Of a stretch of DNA of 64,000 nt, positions 23,561 through 35,060 are shown in pieces (position 1 is the first letter of the stretch; every line of letters starts with the position of its first letter). Position numbers and translations under genes: made by a program. Under the pieces are notes generated by a model. That model was given only the letters and a program-made list of their open reading frames with translations, had not been told where the DNA came from and ran no database searches. The stretch is from Lama guanicoe (taxonomy: Eukaryota), in contig MU056000.1 in NCBI GenBank assembly GCA_013239625.1, forward strand, positions 10,863,175 through 10,927,174. The letters run 5' to 3'.

Positions 23561-24739
23561 GGTTGGAAAGATGGATCATATTCAAGGAGGTATAGAGGTC
23601 CGGGAATAAGGGAGGACCTGAGAGACTCAGGCTTCTTTGATGAGATGCAGGTAGGTACGATCCAGAGACCTTGGGGGAAGGCAGGTAGTCTGTTCAACCT
23701 GGAAGGTCTGGGGCCACAGCTGTGATGACTACAAGCTCGTGTTGTGTGCAGGGGCAGCCTGGGAGGCGTGTGCGAACCTCTGCGGAGGGCTGATCTCTTA
23801 GGCAGCCAAGAGCCTGGGACTGTTGAGGTCTCTTGCTTCTGCAGGAGAGTGTTGTCACAGTCCCTGGATTGACTGTCCCACCTGGAGAAAGCAGCTTTGC
23901 AATGGCCTCTACTCTTCTTTTTTCGATGTGTTTCCAGAGCACCCAAGGACAAAGGTTACTGACAAATCTTGAGAAATTTGAACCTCAGGAAAGACAGAGC
24001 TTCATTCTCTCCAGATGTCCATTCACGGAGCCATACACCCAGGTCCCTCCCTCCAGGGTGCCCTGGCACGGTCTCACTCCAGAATCCCCTGCGTAATATC
24101 ACTTCCTTAGAGATCCACTCCCTGAGGAAATGTGGGCGTCTTTAGTCAAGTTTATTTAGATCGTAATCTCTTTCAGACAGAGGCTGTGTCTGTTTTATCT
24201 GTGGTTGAGGCAGCCATGGTAAATCATTTTTTGCTCGAGGCCAACAAGAATCAGTGAGAGAAAGTGTTAAAATAGCAGAGGCAAGTCAGCCAGGAAGATA
24301 TCTCTGGGTGGAGAATTCCTTCCTCCGTCTGTGAGAATTAAAGAAGTGGTAACGGAGAGGAAATGACAAAAGCCCAGGAGCTGGTCTTGAAACATGCGGT
24401 AACCTTGCTTGGGCTACTAACGTGCTGCTTATCACCCAGTCCTGGGGCACGTGGCCAAGGGGCAGAGCTGGGCAAACTTTCTTCTGTAGGTTTTTAGGAG
24501 AGGAAAATTGTGTATTATCATGTGTGTCTGAAAAAGCTACGCCCCTGAACTCTGAGCATAATCCTGAAACTCTCCATCCTTGAGTTCCCAGTGCTGCTGC
24601 TCAAAGGACCCAACCTATCTGTTCAGTTTCTCAAAGAGCTGCTATTTTCAGGGGCCCTGACTGGCACTTCAAGTATTTTCTTAACCCTTCTCCCATTACA
24701 AGAACTTTAAAATAGTAACCCCTTTTCGATCGGTCTAGT

Positions 24740-24900
24740 GGACAGAGAGCTGATTTTGGAGCAGATCACTCCTTATTCTGGTCCCAGACCTGCTACAAAT
24801 TAAGAGAGTGACTTAGGAAAGACATTTTGCCTTGCTGGTCTCAATCTTCTCTTCTGTAAAATGAGAGGGTTGACCCCTTGCCAGTTCGAACATCCTGTAA
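24740..24900 (-). mobile_element. MIR
   Basis: tagtggacagagagctgattttggag...gtgacttaggaaagaca...tctcaatcttctcttctgtaaaatgagaggg. Confidence 0.7.
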
Positions 24901-25229
24901 ACCTTAAAGTAGAATTCCAGGAGGAGGGAGCAGGTTGTATACCATCCCTCTTAGCAAGGAAAGTTGTACCCCACTGATCATCGAGGAAATGAAAATCTAA
25001 AAGCAATGTGATTTCAATTTTGACTCATTGAGATAATAAAGATAAAATAATTGATTTTCTAGTGCTGTTGTGAGTGCAGAAAAACAGATCCTCTCAAGTA
25101 CCGCTGGTGAGGGGGTAAAATTTGGACTGGATACTAATAATGGTATCAAGGAATTCAAAAGCATACAAGCCAAACAAGTCAACGTCTGAAATACGTGTTA
25201 ATACTTTATCTAATAAACACATATTGATA

Positions 25230-25340
25230 GAAGGAAAGAAAAAGAACATGGAGGAAGGAAGGAAGTAGGAAAGATAAGAAGGAAGAAAGGAAGGAAAGAT
25301 GAAAGAAGGAAGGAAGAAGAAAGGGAAGAAGGGAAAAAAA
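25230..25340 (+). repeat. (GGAA)n-like purine low-complexity tract
   Basis: gaaggaaggaagtaggaaagataagaaggaagaaaggaaggaaag... Confidence 0.85.
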
Positions 25341-26526
25341 GGTGTTATTTTTTATTTACTGAGATAAGGAAGAACGGAAGTTCTGTTCTTTTTTTCTTTT
25401 TTGCCAGAGAGAATCTGGAGTTCAATTTCTGATGTAAGTTTGAGATGGATATTAGACATAAAAGGAGAGTAGCTGAATAGGTTTTCAGATATAAATGAAT
25501 TAGATACACCTAATTCTTTCATTCCAGTTTGGTTTTACAAAATATATTATGTAACAATTTAAATATAATAGTACAGACCTAGGCACTTAAGGATTCACTC
25601 TCCAATTGGTAATATATCCTGTTCATGTCAGTATTCTTTATGTATTTAAGATTGACATATTTTGGTGTAAATAAATTTTTTAATAACACAAACTGTTCCT
25701 TGTTTGAGAAAGTCTATACTTCCATGGGCTTTCTTCTAGATGAAGCACTCCTGCTTAAAGGTCCGTTTTGGGAAAGTCTAGGGAATCAGATACTATGTGT
25801 CAAAGGGGTGTTTGCTCTATATTCAGAGAAGACTCTACATATATACTCACAAAATGTTGCAGAGTTGAGAGTAAAAGGTGTCCACCAACATCTACCTCCT
25901 TCAAGAAACATGTTCATTCCACCCTGGGAAGGATGAGGAGAATCACATCTAATTGCCATCCGGAGGCATTTTCCTGAAAGTGTGTCCCTTCTTTGTTTCC
26001 AGTCAATCCAAGTGAAATTTCTTTCTTAAAATAGGAAAATGAACACCTCCACTTTACTAGGAAGTAACATCTGGCTGGTTAAGTCACCAGTAAGAGAGGA
26101 ATGATGATGGTTTTAGTCTGCAATCTTAGCTCATCTTTGACATTTCCTTTCAGAAAACCGAGCGGCCGCACCCTTTTGTACACCTCTCAGAGGAAGCAGC
26201 TGCAAGAAAGGTGGTGCTGGAAGCTGATGAACTCTGACATGTGATCAGAGGATTTCTGGGAAATCGAGCACCTCATCTTTAGAATGAGTGTTTAGAGTGT
26301 TTTCATGAATAAGATAGTTGTATTCTATTTTAAGCAAAACACTTGGTATTCTATGAGGGATTTTAAAAATAAAAAGTCTAGGATAAGTTTTAAATAAATT
26401 TTCTTTTACTTAAATGCATGCAATTGCTCGATCTATTTAAACAACATATTGCTGCTTATCTAGAAGATAAGATACCAAATCATAGTTAAACATTTACATA
26501 GTAAGATAAGACTCAGGCTCCTGCTT

Positions 26527-27015
26527 TTGTTAGGATTTTTTTAAGTTGTGAATGAAAGAAACTTAATCCCACGTGTCTTAATCACAGAGGGGATTTGCTG
26601 GCTCACACAACACCAGGTCTAGGGTGGATATTATCAGGCGAGGCCAAAGCCAGGTGCTCACACAGTGACATCTGAAACCTGTCTCTCTCCATCTCCTGGC
26701 CCTGCTTTTCCCGTCTTGGTTTCATTCTCAAACAGCTCTTTCCTTCATAGTGGCAAGATGAATCCCAGCAGCCGCAGGCTTACGTTCCATCAGTTACGCA
26801 ACCTCAGAGGAGAAAAGAGGTCCCATTTGCCCAGAATTCCATCACCCAACCCGAGACTCACTCTGATTGGCCTGGCTTGGGGGGAATGCTCCACCCTGAA
26901 CCAATCTCTAAGTCCTGGGGGAGGAACTTTATGATTGGATAGGCATGGGACACCCATCCACAATTGGAATTACAGGGGTGAGTTGAGGATCATTCCTACC
27001 TGAACCGTAGGGGCA
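26527..27015 (-). mobile_element. Old MaLR LTR (MLT1K/L-like)
   Basis: gatttgctggctcac...tctctctccatctc...ttcattctcaaacagctct...ggcaagatg...ctctgattggcctggcttggggg...ccctgaaccaatc. Confidence 0.75.
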
Positions 27016-27019
27016 GAGC

Positions 27020-27393
27020 TGTGTGTTACTTTGCTCAAACTATAACAAAACACCACAGAATGAGTGGCCTACACAACAGAAATTTATTTTTCCACAGAGA
27101 CTGGAAGTCCAAGATCAAAGTGTGGGCAGGTTTATTTTCTCCTGAGACCTCTGTCCTTGGCTTGCAGACGGCTGTCTTCTCGCTGTGTCCTCATGGCCTT
27201 TTTCCTTTTGTACATGTGTCTCATGTCTTTTCTTCTTCATATAAGGACATCAGCCCTATTGGATTAGGGTCCCAACATATGACCTCTTTTAACCTTTATT
27301 ACTTCTTTGAAGGCCCTGTCTATAAATATAATCACATTAGGGGTTAGGATCTCCACATATGAATTTTGAGGGGGACTCAGTTTGGCCCATAGC
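27020..27393 (-). mobile_element. MaLR LTR (MLT1A-like)
   Basis: tataacaaaacaccacaga...aacagaaatttattt...ctggaagtccaagatcaa...ataaggacatcagccctattggattagggtcc...ccacatatgaattttgaggggga. Confidence 0.88.
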
Positions 27394-27959
27394 AGTTATT
27401 TGTTTTTCCAAAGGATGACTAGTCAGGCAGAAACCCTACATCTATCACAGCCTTGATAAAACTCAGAGGATGAAAACAATGGCAAGATGTGGCAGAGGGA
27501 TGCCCCCGGTGCCAAGTGGTAAGACATGGGAGGGTCTGATCAGGTGATTTGGGTGCTTCTGCCAGAGGACACTGAGAGGGTGTCAGAGTAAGGAAGAGCA
27601 TCCCAATCCAGGGGGGATGGTCAGAGAGAGAGAGGGGAACTGAATTCATGGGCACGAGCTGTGACTACTGGAATTGCAGTGGAAGCCCAAACAGTTCTAA
27701 TCAAAGGATAAGACAGGGAAATAGTTTGGCTTCTGACCTATTATCTAAAAGTACATATTCCTCTTTAGGTCAGGCTTTATATTTTCTGTCCTACCTTGTG
27801 GACTTTCTCATTTTGCACATTAACAATTAAAAAAAAACCTTATAAATTTACTCTGAAGCCTTTTTATTATTAATGTAGCTTTTTAAGGTTTCATAGCAAT
27901 TATCAAGAGGAGAGTTATTTCATACTTTACTCAACAAAACTTTATAAAAATCTTGTTTG

Positions 27960-28170
27960 ATAACACTACTATATATAAAATAGATAAACAAGGACCTACT
28001 GCACATACAGGTAACTATATTCAATATCTTGTAATAACCTATAATGGAAAAGTATATGAAAAAGAATATCTATGAATATATATATATATATATAACTGAA
28101 TCACTTTGCTATATGCCTGAAACTAACACAACATTGTAAATCAACTATACTTCAAAACATTTTAAAAAGA
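27960..28170 (+). mobile_element. L1 3' end
   Basis: ctactatatataaaatagataaacaaggacctactg...actgaatcactttgct...cattgtaaatcaactatacttcaa; aaaaatctt repeated on both flanks. Confidence 0.88.
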
Positions 28171-29024
28171 AAAATCTTTTTGTTGCTGCTCTACTCCACA
28201 TCTTCCTTAACTTATTTCTTCTGCCTCTTTTTTGGGTCAGTTGTGGTGGGTGAAGTGGCTAAGCTAAGCAAACAGCTTCAACAAAACAAAACTCTTGGGT
28301 TAAGCAAACCTTGAGAATTTGGTGCTTCTGCATCAGGTCTCAAGGAGGTGGGTGGGAAACAATTGCTTTTTTATTTCATTTAGAAATCATTTTGGTCTAA
28401 TATCTAGAAACTTACTTGATTTTTGCCCTTGTATGTTGTGACCTTGTTAAATGTGACCTCATAGTCATATTTAGCATCCTCAGAATCCAGTCCCACACAT
28501 AGTCCCAGTACAGGCTGCATAAATCTTCTAACTTCTTTGAATATAGTCCATGTGTTCCTTTATCAGGCTCAGTAAGTTCATAGCCAAGCTCTTCTGTGAT
28601 TTAAACCTATAAGCTTAATGGCCAAAATGTAAGGAAGAGGCAGATTCTGAGCGGAACACCTGTTGAAGGGGAGAGGCCTCTGCATCATCATTCAGTATAG
28701 GATGGAGTGCTAACTCTTACCAGGAACACTGAATAATTCATGCCTATTCAGAAGTTTCAGAGGAGTTCAGAGAGTCAAAATCTTTGGGGATACCCACTAG
28801 ATGTGCCCATCCCACGTGTCAGAATCTCAAGGTTTTCATAACCAGAGCCCTAGCCTTGGCTTACCAGAGGTACCAGAGCTTGGTGTCTAAAATTCTTTAA
28901 CGTTCAGCCATTTGAACTCTTCATTCCTGCTCCTGATCCCGTTTTCTCTGCCCCGCTGCTGATGAGATAGAAGCTTTGTGATAGGCCTTCCTTGCCTGTT
29001 CCAGTCCCTCCGCAGCTGGTTGTA

Positions 29025-29265
29025 TTTCTTTTTAATAGAAGTATAGTGCTGTGCAATATTCTATAAGTCACAGGTGTTCAGTATAGTGATTCAAAACTTT
29101 AAGGGCTATACTCCATTTACTGTTATTATAAATTATTGGCTATATTCCCCGTGCTGTACAATATATTCTTGTAGCTTATTTTATACATAGTAGTTTGTAT
29201 CTCTTACTTCCCTCTCCCTATATTTCCCCTCCCCACTAGTAACCAAGTAGTTGGTTGTATGTCTA
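29025..29265 (-). mobile_element. L1 3' end
   Basis: gaagtatagt...tactccattta...attggctatattccccgtgctgtacaatatattcttgtagctta. Confidence 0.85.
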
Positions 29266-29569
29266 TGGACTATCAATGCCACTAAGCAATAGGCATCTGA
29301 TCTGTTCTTTTTATCTACTTTTTCCTCTGTGAATCTGAAAAGCCTGAGGCATTGCATCCTTTCATGCACTTTCCTTCCAATAGCAGAACATCCCAATTTA
29401 CTACTAGTGAAGGTTCAACATTTGAGCCAACCGCCCTTGCATCCTGGGCTGTCTGTCCTCCACCGAACATCAGTTCAAGATTCTCTTTGCTATCTGAGCA
29501 GTGAATGATTCACCTCCGGTATCTCATCTTATCAACTGCCTTCACAGAATACTGTCAGTATAAATGCTC

Positions 29570-29968
29570 TCAGGGTTGAGTCCTCTGAAAGCAGATGCTG
29601 AGAGGATTTGAGACACAAAATGTTTCTTAGGGATTGATCCATGTGAAAGGAAGAGAGAAATTCAGTTGGGCAGAGAAGAAGCTGAACTGTGATGAAGGCC
29701 GACAAACATGGCCCAAACCGTAGGAAGCTCTGGAGCTCTAATATTGCCCATGTTAGGCTGACATGACTGGGTCATCGTTACCTCTGCTTCGTCGATCACT
29801 AGGTGCAATCTGCCCAAGATGATACTGGACAAAACAGCTTGTGGTAGATCAGACAGGCCTTGAAGGACCTGAGAGCTGGAGACTGTATGTCAGCTGTGTT
29901 TCCTACAGTTGGATTGAAAGGCCTTCCTTGAAAGGGAATCTGGGCAGCACATCTTTGTATCTATCATA
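29570..29968 (-). mobile_element. ERVL LTR (LTR40-like)
   Basis: gaaagcagatgctgaga...gggcagagaagaagctgaactgtgatg...gaagctctggagct...gggaatctgggcagcacatc. Confidence 0.65.
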
Positions 29969-29999
29969 GATATTGCCCCCCAGGTCCCCAGGGGCTGTT

Positions 30000-30720
30000 C
30001 CTTTTCTTCAATATTCTGTGTCCTTCAGATAATGTAATTTCTACTTAATGTTCATTGACTCTTCTGCTATCTCCAATCTGCTGTTGAGCCCATCTAGTAA
30101 ATTAAAACATTTATCCCTTTTACTTGCTCCATTCTATAATTTCCATTTGGTTCTTTTTCATAATTTCCTTTTTTTTTCTTTTTTTGGCTGAGATTATTTG
30201 CTGACTCAGTAAGACCATGTTTTCTTCAATTGTTTGAGCATATTTTCCTTTAGTTTTTAAAACCTACCAATAATAGGTGCTTTCAAGTTTTGTCTGCTAA
30301 GTCCAGTATCTGATCCATTTTTGTATTTATTTTTACTGACTGCTTTTTCCTTGACTATGGCTCATGCTTATCCTCCCCATGTTTTTGGAAGCCCAGTAGT
30401 TTTTACTGTGTAGTAGACATGCAGGTGCTGCACTGCAGGACCTCGGAGTCCATGGCTGTCCTCTGAAGAAGATGGATGTTTGCTCTGTTGAGTGGACCAC
30501 TTATTGACTGATTAACTTTGAACTTGGATTGGCTTCGCATTATGCTTCATTAGGGAAGATCTATAAAAAGAAAAAAAAGTGTTTTCCAACCCATTCTAAC
30601 TTGGTAAGACTTAAAATTCAAACTCTTCCTTTTTTTGCAAACAGTGTTAAGGTCTGATTTTAGGCCTTGTTAGAACAGGTTTGCCGTTGGCATCCTTCTG
30701 GGACATGGTCCTTGGGGCAT
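30000..30720 (-). mobile_element. Old L1 ORF1/5' region fragment
   Basis: ttcattgactcttctgctatctccaatctgctgttgagcccatctagtaaatt...atttccatttggttctttttcataattt. Confidence 0.7.
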
Positions 30721-30724
30721 GTAT

Positions 30725-33700
30725 TGTTTAAGTGGAATTAATTACATTCTCAACATTGCAAAACCATCACCGCTATTTATTTCCAAAAATTCTTCATTCT
30801 AAACAGAAATTCTGTATCCATTAAGCAATAACTCCTATTTCTCTTTCCTCTGGTGATTTCTAATATACGTTCTCTATTTATAAATTTGCCTTTTCTTGAT
30901 ACGTCATATAAGAGCAATCATACATTATCTGTCTGGCTTATTTTATGCAAAATGTTTTCAAAATTCATCCAAATTATAGCATATATCAGAACCTCATTCC
31001 ACCGTGTGTATATACCACATTTTGTTTATCCATTCATCTGTTGATGGACAGTTGAATTGTTTCCACTTTCTGGCTATTGTAAATAATGCTGCAATGAACA
31101 TTGGTGTAAAAGAATGTTTGTATCCCTGCTTTCAATTCCTTTGGGTATATACCTGGAAGTGGAATTGGTAGATCACATGGCAATTCTATGTTTAGTTCCT
31201 CGAGGAGCCACCAAACTCTTTTCCATCGCAGCTGCACCATGGCACATTCCCACCAACAGTGCACAAAGATTTTGATTTCTCTATATCTTGCCAATACTTG
31301 TTATTTTTTGTTTGTTTGTTTTAAAATAGCCATTCTAATGGGAGCGAAGTGGTATCTCATTGTGCTTTCAATTTGCATTTCCCTTACAATTAGTTATGTC
31401 AAACAACTTTTAAATGTCCTTATTGACCATTTGCATATCTTCTTTGGAGAAACATTCAAGTTCATTGTCCATTTTTTAACTGGATTTTTGTTGTTGTTAT
31501 TGAGTTGTAGGAATTCTTTATATAAGCTGGATATTAAACACTCATCGGATATATGATTTGCAAGTGTTGTCTCCTATTCTATGGGTTGTCTTTTCACTCT
31601 TGTAGTCTTTGATACACAAAATATTTTCATTTTGATGAAGTCCAGCTTATCTATTTTTTTCTTTTGTTTCTTGTGCTTTTGGTTTCATGTCTGAAAAATC
31701 ACTGCCAAGATCAATGTTTAGAAACTTAAAGAAATTCTCCTATGTGTTCTACCAGGAGTTTGACAGTTTCAGTCTTTACATTTAAGGCATTAATCCATTT
31801 TGAGTTAATTTTTGTAAGGGTCCAACTTTATCCTTTTGCATATAGATATCCGGTTTTCCTAGCACCGTTTGTTGAAAAGACTACCCTTTCTTCATCGGAT
31901 GGGGAAGTACCCTACTCAAATATCACTTGACCATACATACGAGTATTTATTTCTGGGCTCTCTATTCTATTCCATTAGACTATATGTGTGTCCTTATGCC
32001 AGTACTACACAGTTACGTTTGCTGTATATATGTAACAAGTTTTGAAATCAGAAAGTATGAGACCTCCAACTTTGTTCATTTTTTTTCAACATTATTTTGG
32101 TTATTCTAGCTCCCTTGAGATTCTGTATGCATTTTAGGATTGGTTTTTTAATTTCTGCAAAAATGTTATTGGAATTTTTATTGATATTGCATTGAATCAG
32201 TCGATTTCAGAGAGTAATATTTCACCTTAATGATATAAAGTCTTTCAATCCATGAACACAGATGTTTTTCCATTTATTTATGTCTTTTCAAATTTCTTTC
32301 AGTGATGTTTTGCAGTTTTCAGTGTACAATTTTTTTTTTTGCCTTTTTGGTTAATGTGTAGTTAAGTATTTTATTCTTTTTGATGCTATTGTAATGGAAC
32401 TGTTTTCTTAATTTTCTTTTTGGATTGCTCGATGTTAGTGTATAGAAAGGCAAGTGATGTGTGTTGATTTGCATGTTGAAATTTTGCTGAATCTGTTTAT
32501 TAGCTGTAACAGTTATATTGTAGACTTTAGGGTTTTCTACATATAAGATCATGTTATTTGTAAACAGGGATAATTTTATTTCTCTCTTTCTAGTTTGGCT
32601 GCCTTTCTTTTGCTTTTTGTTGCTCATTTCTCTGGCTGGAATTTGCAATATTATGTTAAGTAGAAGTGGTGGAAGTGGGCATCACTGTTTTGTCACGCAT
32701 CTTAGTGGAAAAGCTTTTAGTCTTTCATTGTTGTTTATGATGTGATCTGTGGGTTTTTCATGTATAGCCTTTATTATGTTGATGTAATTTCTTTATAATT
32801 TTAGTTTTTTGAGTACTTTTTTTAATCATGAAAAGTTGTTGAATTTTATGATGCCTTTTCTGCATCAATTGAAATGATTATTTTTTCCTTACTCTGTTAA
32901 TATGATGTAATGCATTGATTGATTTTCATATGTTGAATCATTCCAGTTGGCCTTGGTGTATAATTCTTTTACTATGCTACTGAATTCATGTTTTTAATTA
33001 TTTTGTTGAATATTTTTGTATCAAATACTGGCTTTGGTACCCGTGTAATGCTGACCTCATATAATGATATGGAAGTGTTCTCTCCTCTTTATTTTTTTTT
33101 GGAAATTTAAGAAGAATTGATATTAATTTTGTTTTAAACGTTTGGTAGAATTCATTGGTGAGGCCATCTGGTACTGGGCTTTTCTTGGGAGATTTTTGAT
33201 GCTAATTCAATCACCTAATGAGTACAGGTCTATTTCCTCATGATTTAGTTTTGGTAGATTTTGCTTCCAGAAATGTGTCCATTTCATTCAAATTATACAA
33301 CCTGTTGGCTTACAGTTGTTTGTGGTACTCTTTTATAATCCCTTTCCCCCCGCTGGAAACTCAGTAGCAATGTCCCCACATTTATTTCTGATTTTAGTAA
33401 TTTGAGTCTTTTCTCTTTTTTCATAGCCAGTATAGTTCAAGGTGTGTCAATTTTGTTAATGTTTTCAAAGAACCAACTTTTCATTTCATCCAAGGACAGT
33501 TTTGCCAGACACAGACTTCTCAGACTTGTTTTCCTTTTGCCTCTTGAAATACATCTTTCCACTGCCTTCTGTCCTGTGGGATTCCTGCTGAGAAATACAC
33601 GGGTAACGTTTCTGAGAAGTCCTCCTATGTGACCATTTGCTTCTCTCTTGCTGCTTTCAAGACTCTATATCTGTCTTTGGCACTGAACACTTCGATCATA

Positions 33701-35060
33701 ATGTATCTCAGGGTGACTCTCTTTGTGCTTGTCCTCTTTGGAGTTTGTTGAGCCTGTTTTATTTGTATAGCCATGTATTTCCTGAAATTTGGGAAGCTTT
33801 TGGCCGTTCTTTCTTCACATAAGTTCTCAGCCTCTTTCTCTCGTCTCCTTCTGGGGCTCCTCTCTCCCACCCTCCATCCATAATGTGTCTGTTGGTCTGT
33901 TGGATGGCCCCATAAGTCCTTCAGGCTTTCTTCATTTTTTTCTTCATTCTTTCTCCTCTTTGCTCCCTGGACTCAGTAATTTTAAATTAACTGTCTTCAA
34001 GTCTATCGATCCTTCTGTCTATTCAAGTCTTCTGCTGAATCTCTGTGGAAGATTTTTCAACTGCAGAATTTCTGCTTGGTATTTTGTAACATCTGTCTTG
34101 GTTGACATTCTCATATTGTTTATATATCATTTTCCTGATTTCCTTTAGCTCTTCGTTCATGTTTTCCTTTAGCGCCTTGAGCATCCGTGAGGTAGCTGTT
34201 TTAAATTCTTTGTCAAGTGTATCTAATGGCTTCTTTTTTTTCGAAGACGTTTCTGTAGATTTATTTTGTCCCTTTGATTGAGCCATGTTTTCCTGTTTCT
34301 CTGTATGCCTTGTGACATTTTTTTTTAATTGGGCATTTGAAAAACTAGCTACCTCTCCCAGTTTTTGCAGACTGTCCTGTGAGGAGATAAACCTTCACTA
34401 ATCAGCCCAGCATAAATACTTAAGGTCTTCTTAAACCGTTTCATGATGTCCATCTTTTCTGGGTTTGTATGTGTGTGTTTTTTCCAATTTCCTCATATAT
34501 GCAGCTGCTTTAAATGTCTTGAGTTCCCTTAGAGTCTCAATCCTGTTTCTTCTTGGGACGTTAGCTGTTCTATTTAGTTCCTCAGTCAGAAATCTCTTGC
34601 CATAGGCATCTATGTGTTGGTAGATTTCTTAAGCTATGCCTGATACTTCCCACAGATTCCCTTAGTTTGAAATCTTAGATGATTTGAGCCTCTGAACTGA
34701 AAGTTAGTTACTCAGAGACCAGTATCTCAGGCAGCATGTGGACAGGTTAGAACACTGAAAATTCACTCCTCTGTGCTCTCTCTGGCTTGCATAAGGTAAA
34801 TGGGGATCAAGTCACTGCTTCCGCCAAACTGCTGTGCCACATCAGGTAGGAGGAGAAAGGGCAAATAAAATTCCATGAAGCTTTCTACCATTTGAATGTG
34901 ACTTTTTCTTAACTGGGCATTTGTTTGGTTGCTGTAGGTCTTTAACTGATTTCCAGAGCACCTATGAAGTTATTTTGGTCAGTTTCTAGTTGTTTGTTTA
35001 ATGTTTCCATGGGGGAACGAGGGCCTGGAACTTCTTAGTCTGCCATCTTGCTGACATTAC
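30725..35060 (-). mobile_element. Long L1MB-like element (3'UTR, 3' part of ORF2, ORF1, 5'UTR) with an internal gap
   Basis: ORF2 remnants (31034-31294 WWECAMVQLRWK; 32319-32648 IKLSLFTNNMILYVENPK) and ORF1 remnants (33625-33870 ENLCEER...LKAAREKQMVT; 34023-34286). The 5' end reads tcagcaagatggcagactaag at ~35035-35055. Confidence 0.9.

Noticed and set aside
23449..24096. Longest ORFs in the track (167 aa minus strand, overlapping 71-87 aa ORFs)
   Set aside because: No recognisable domain, several overlapping frames in a locally GC-richer patch partly over a decayed LINE, and no convincing exon chain.
31034..34286. Cluster of 60-122 aa ORFs
   Set aside because: Sense and antisense frames of decayed L1 ORF1/ORF2.
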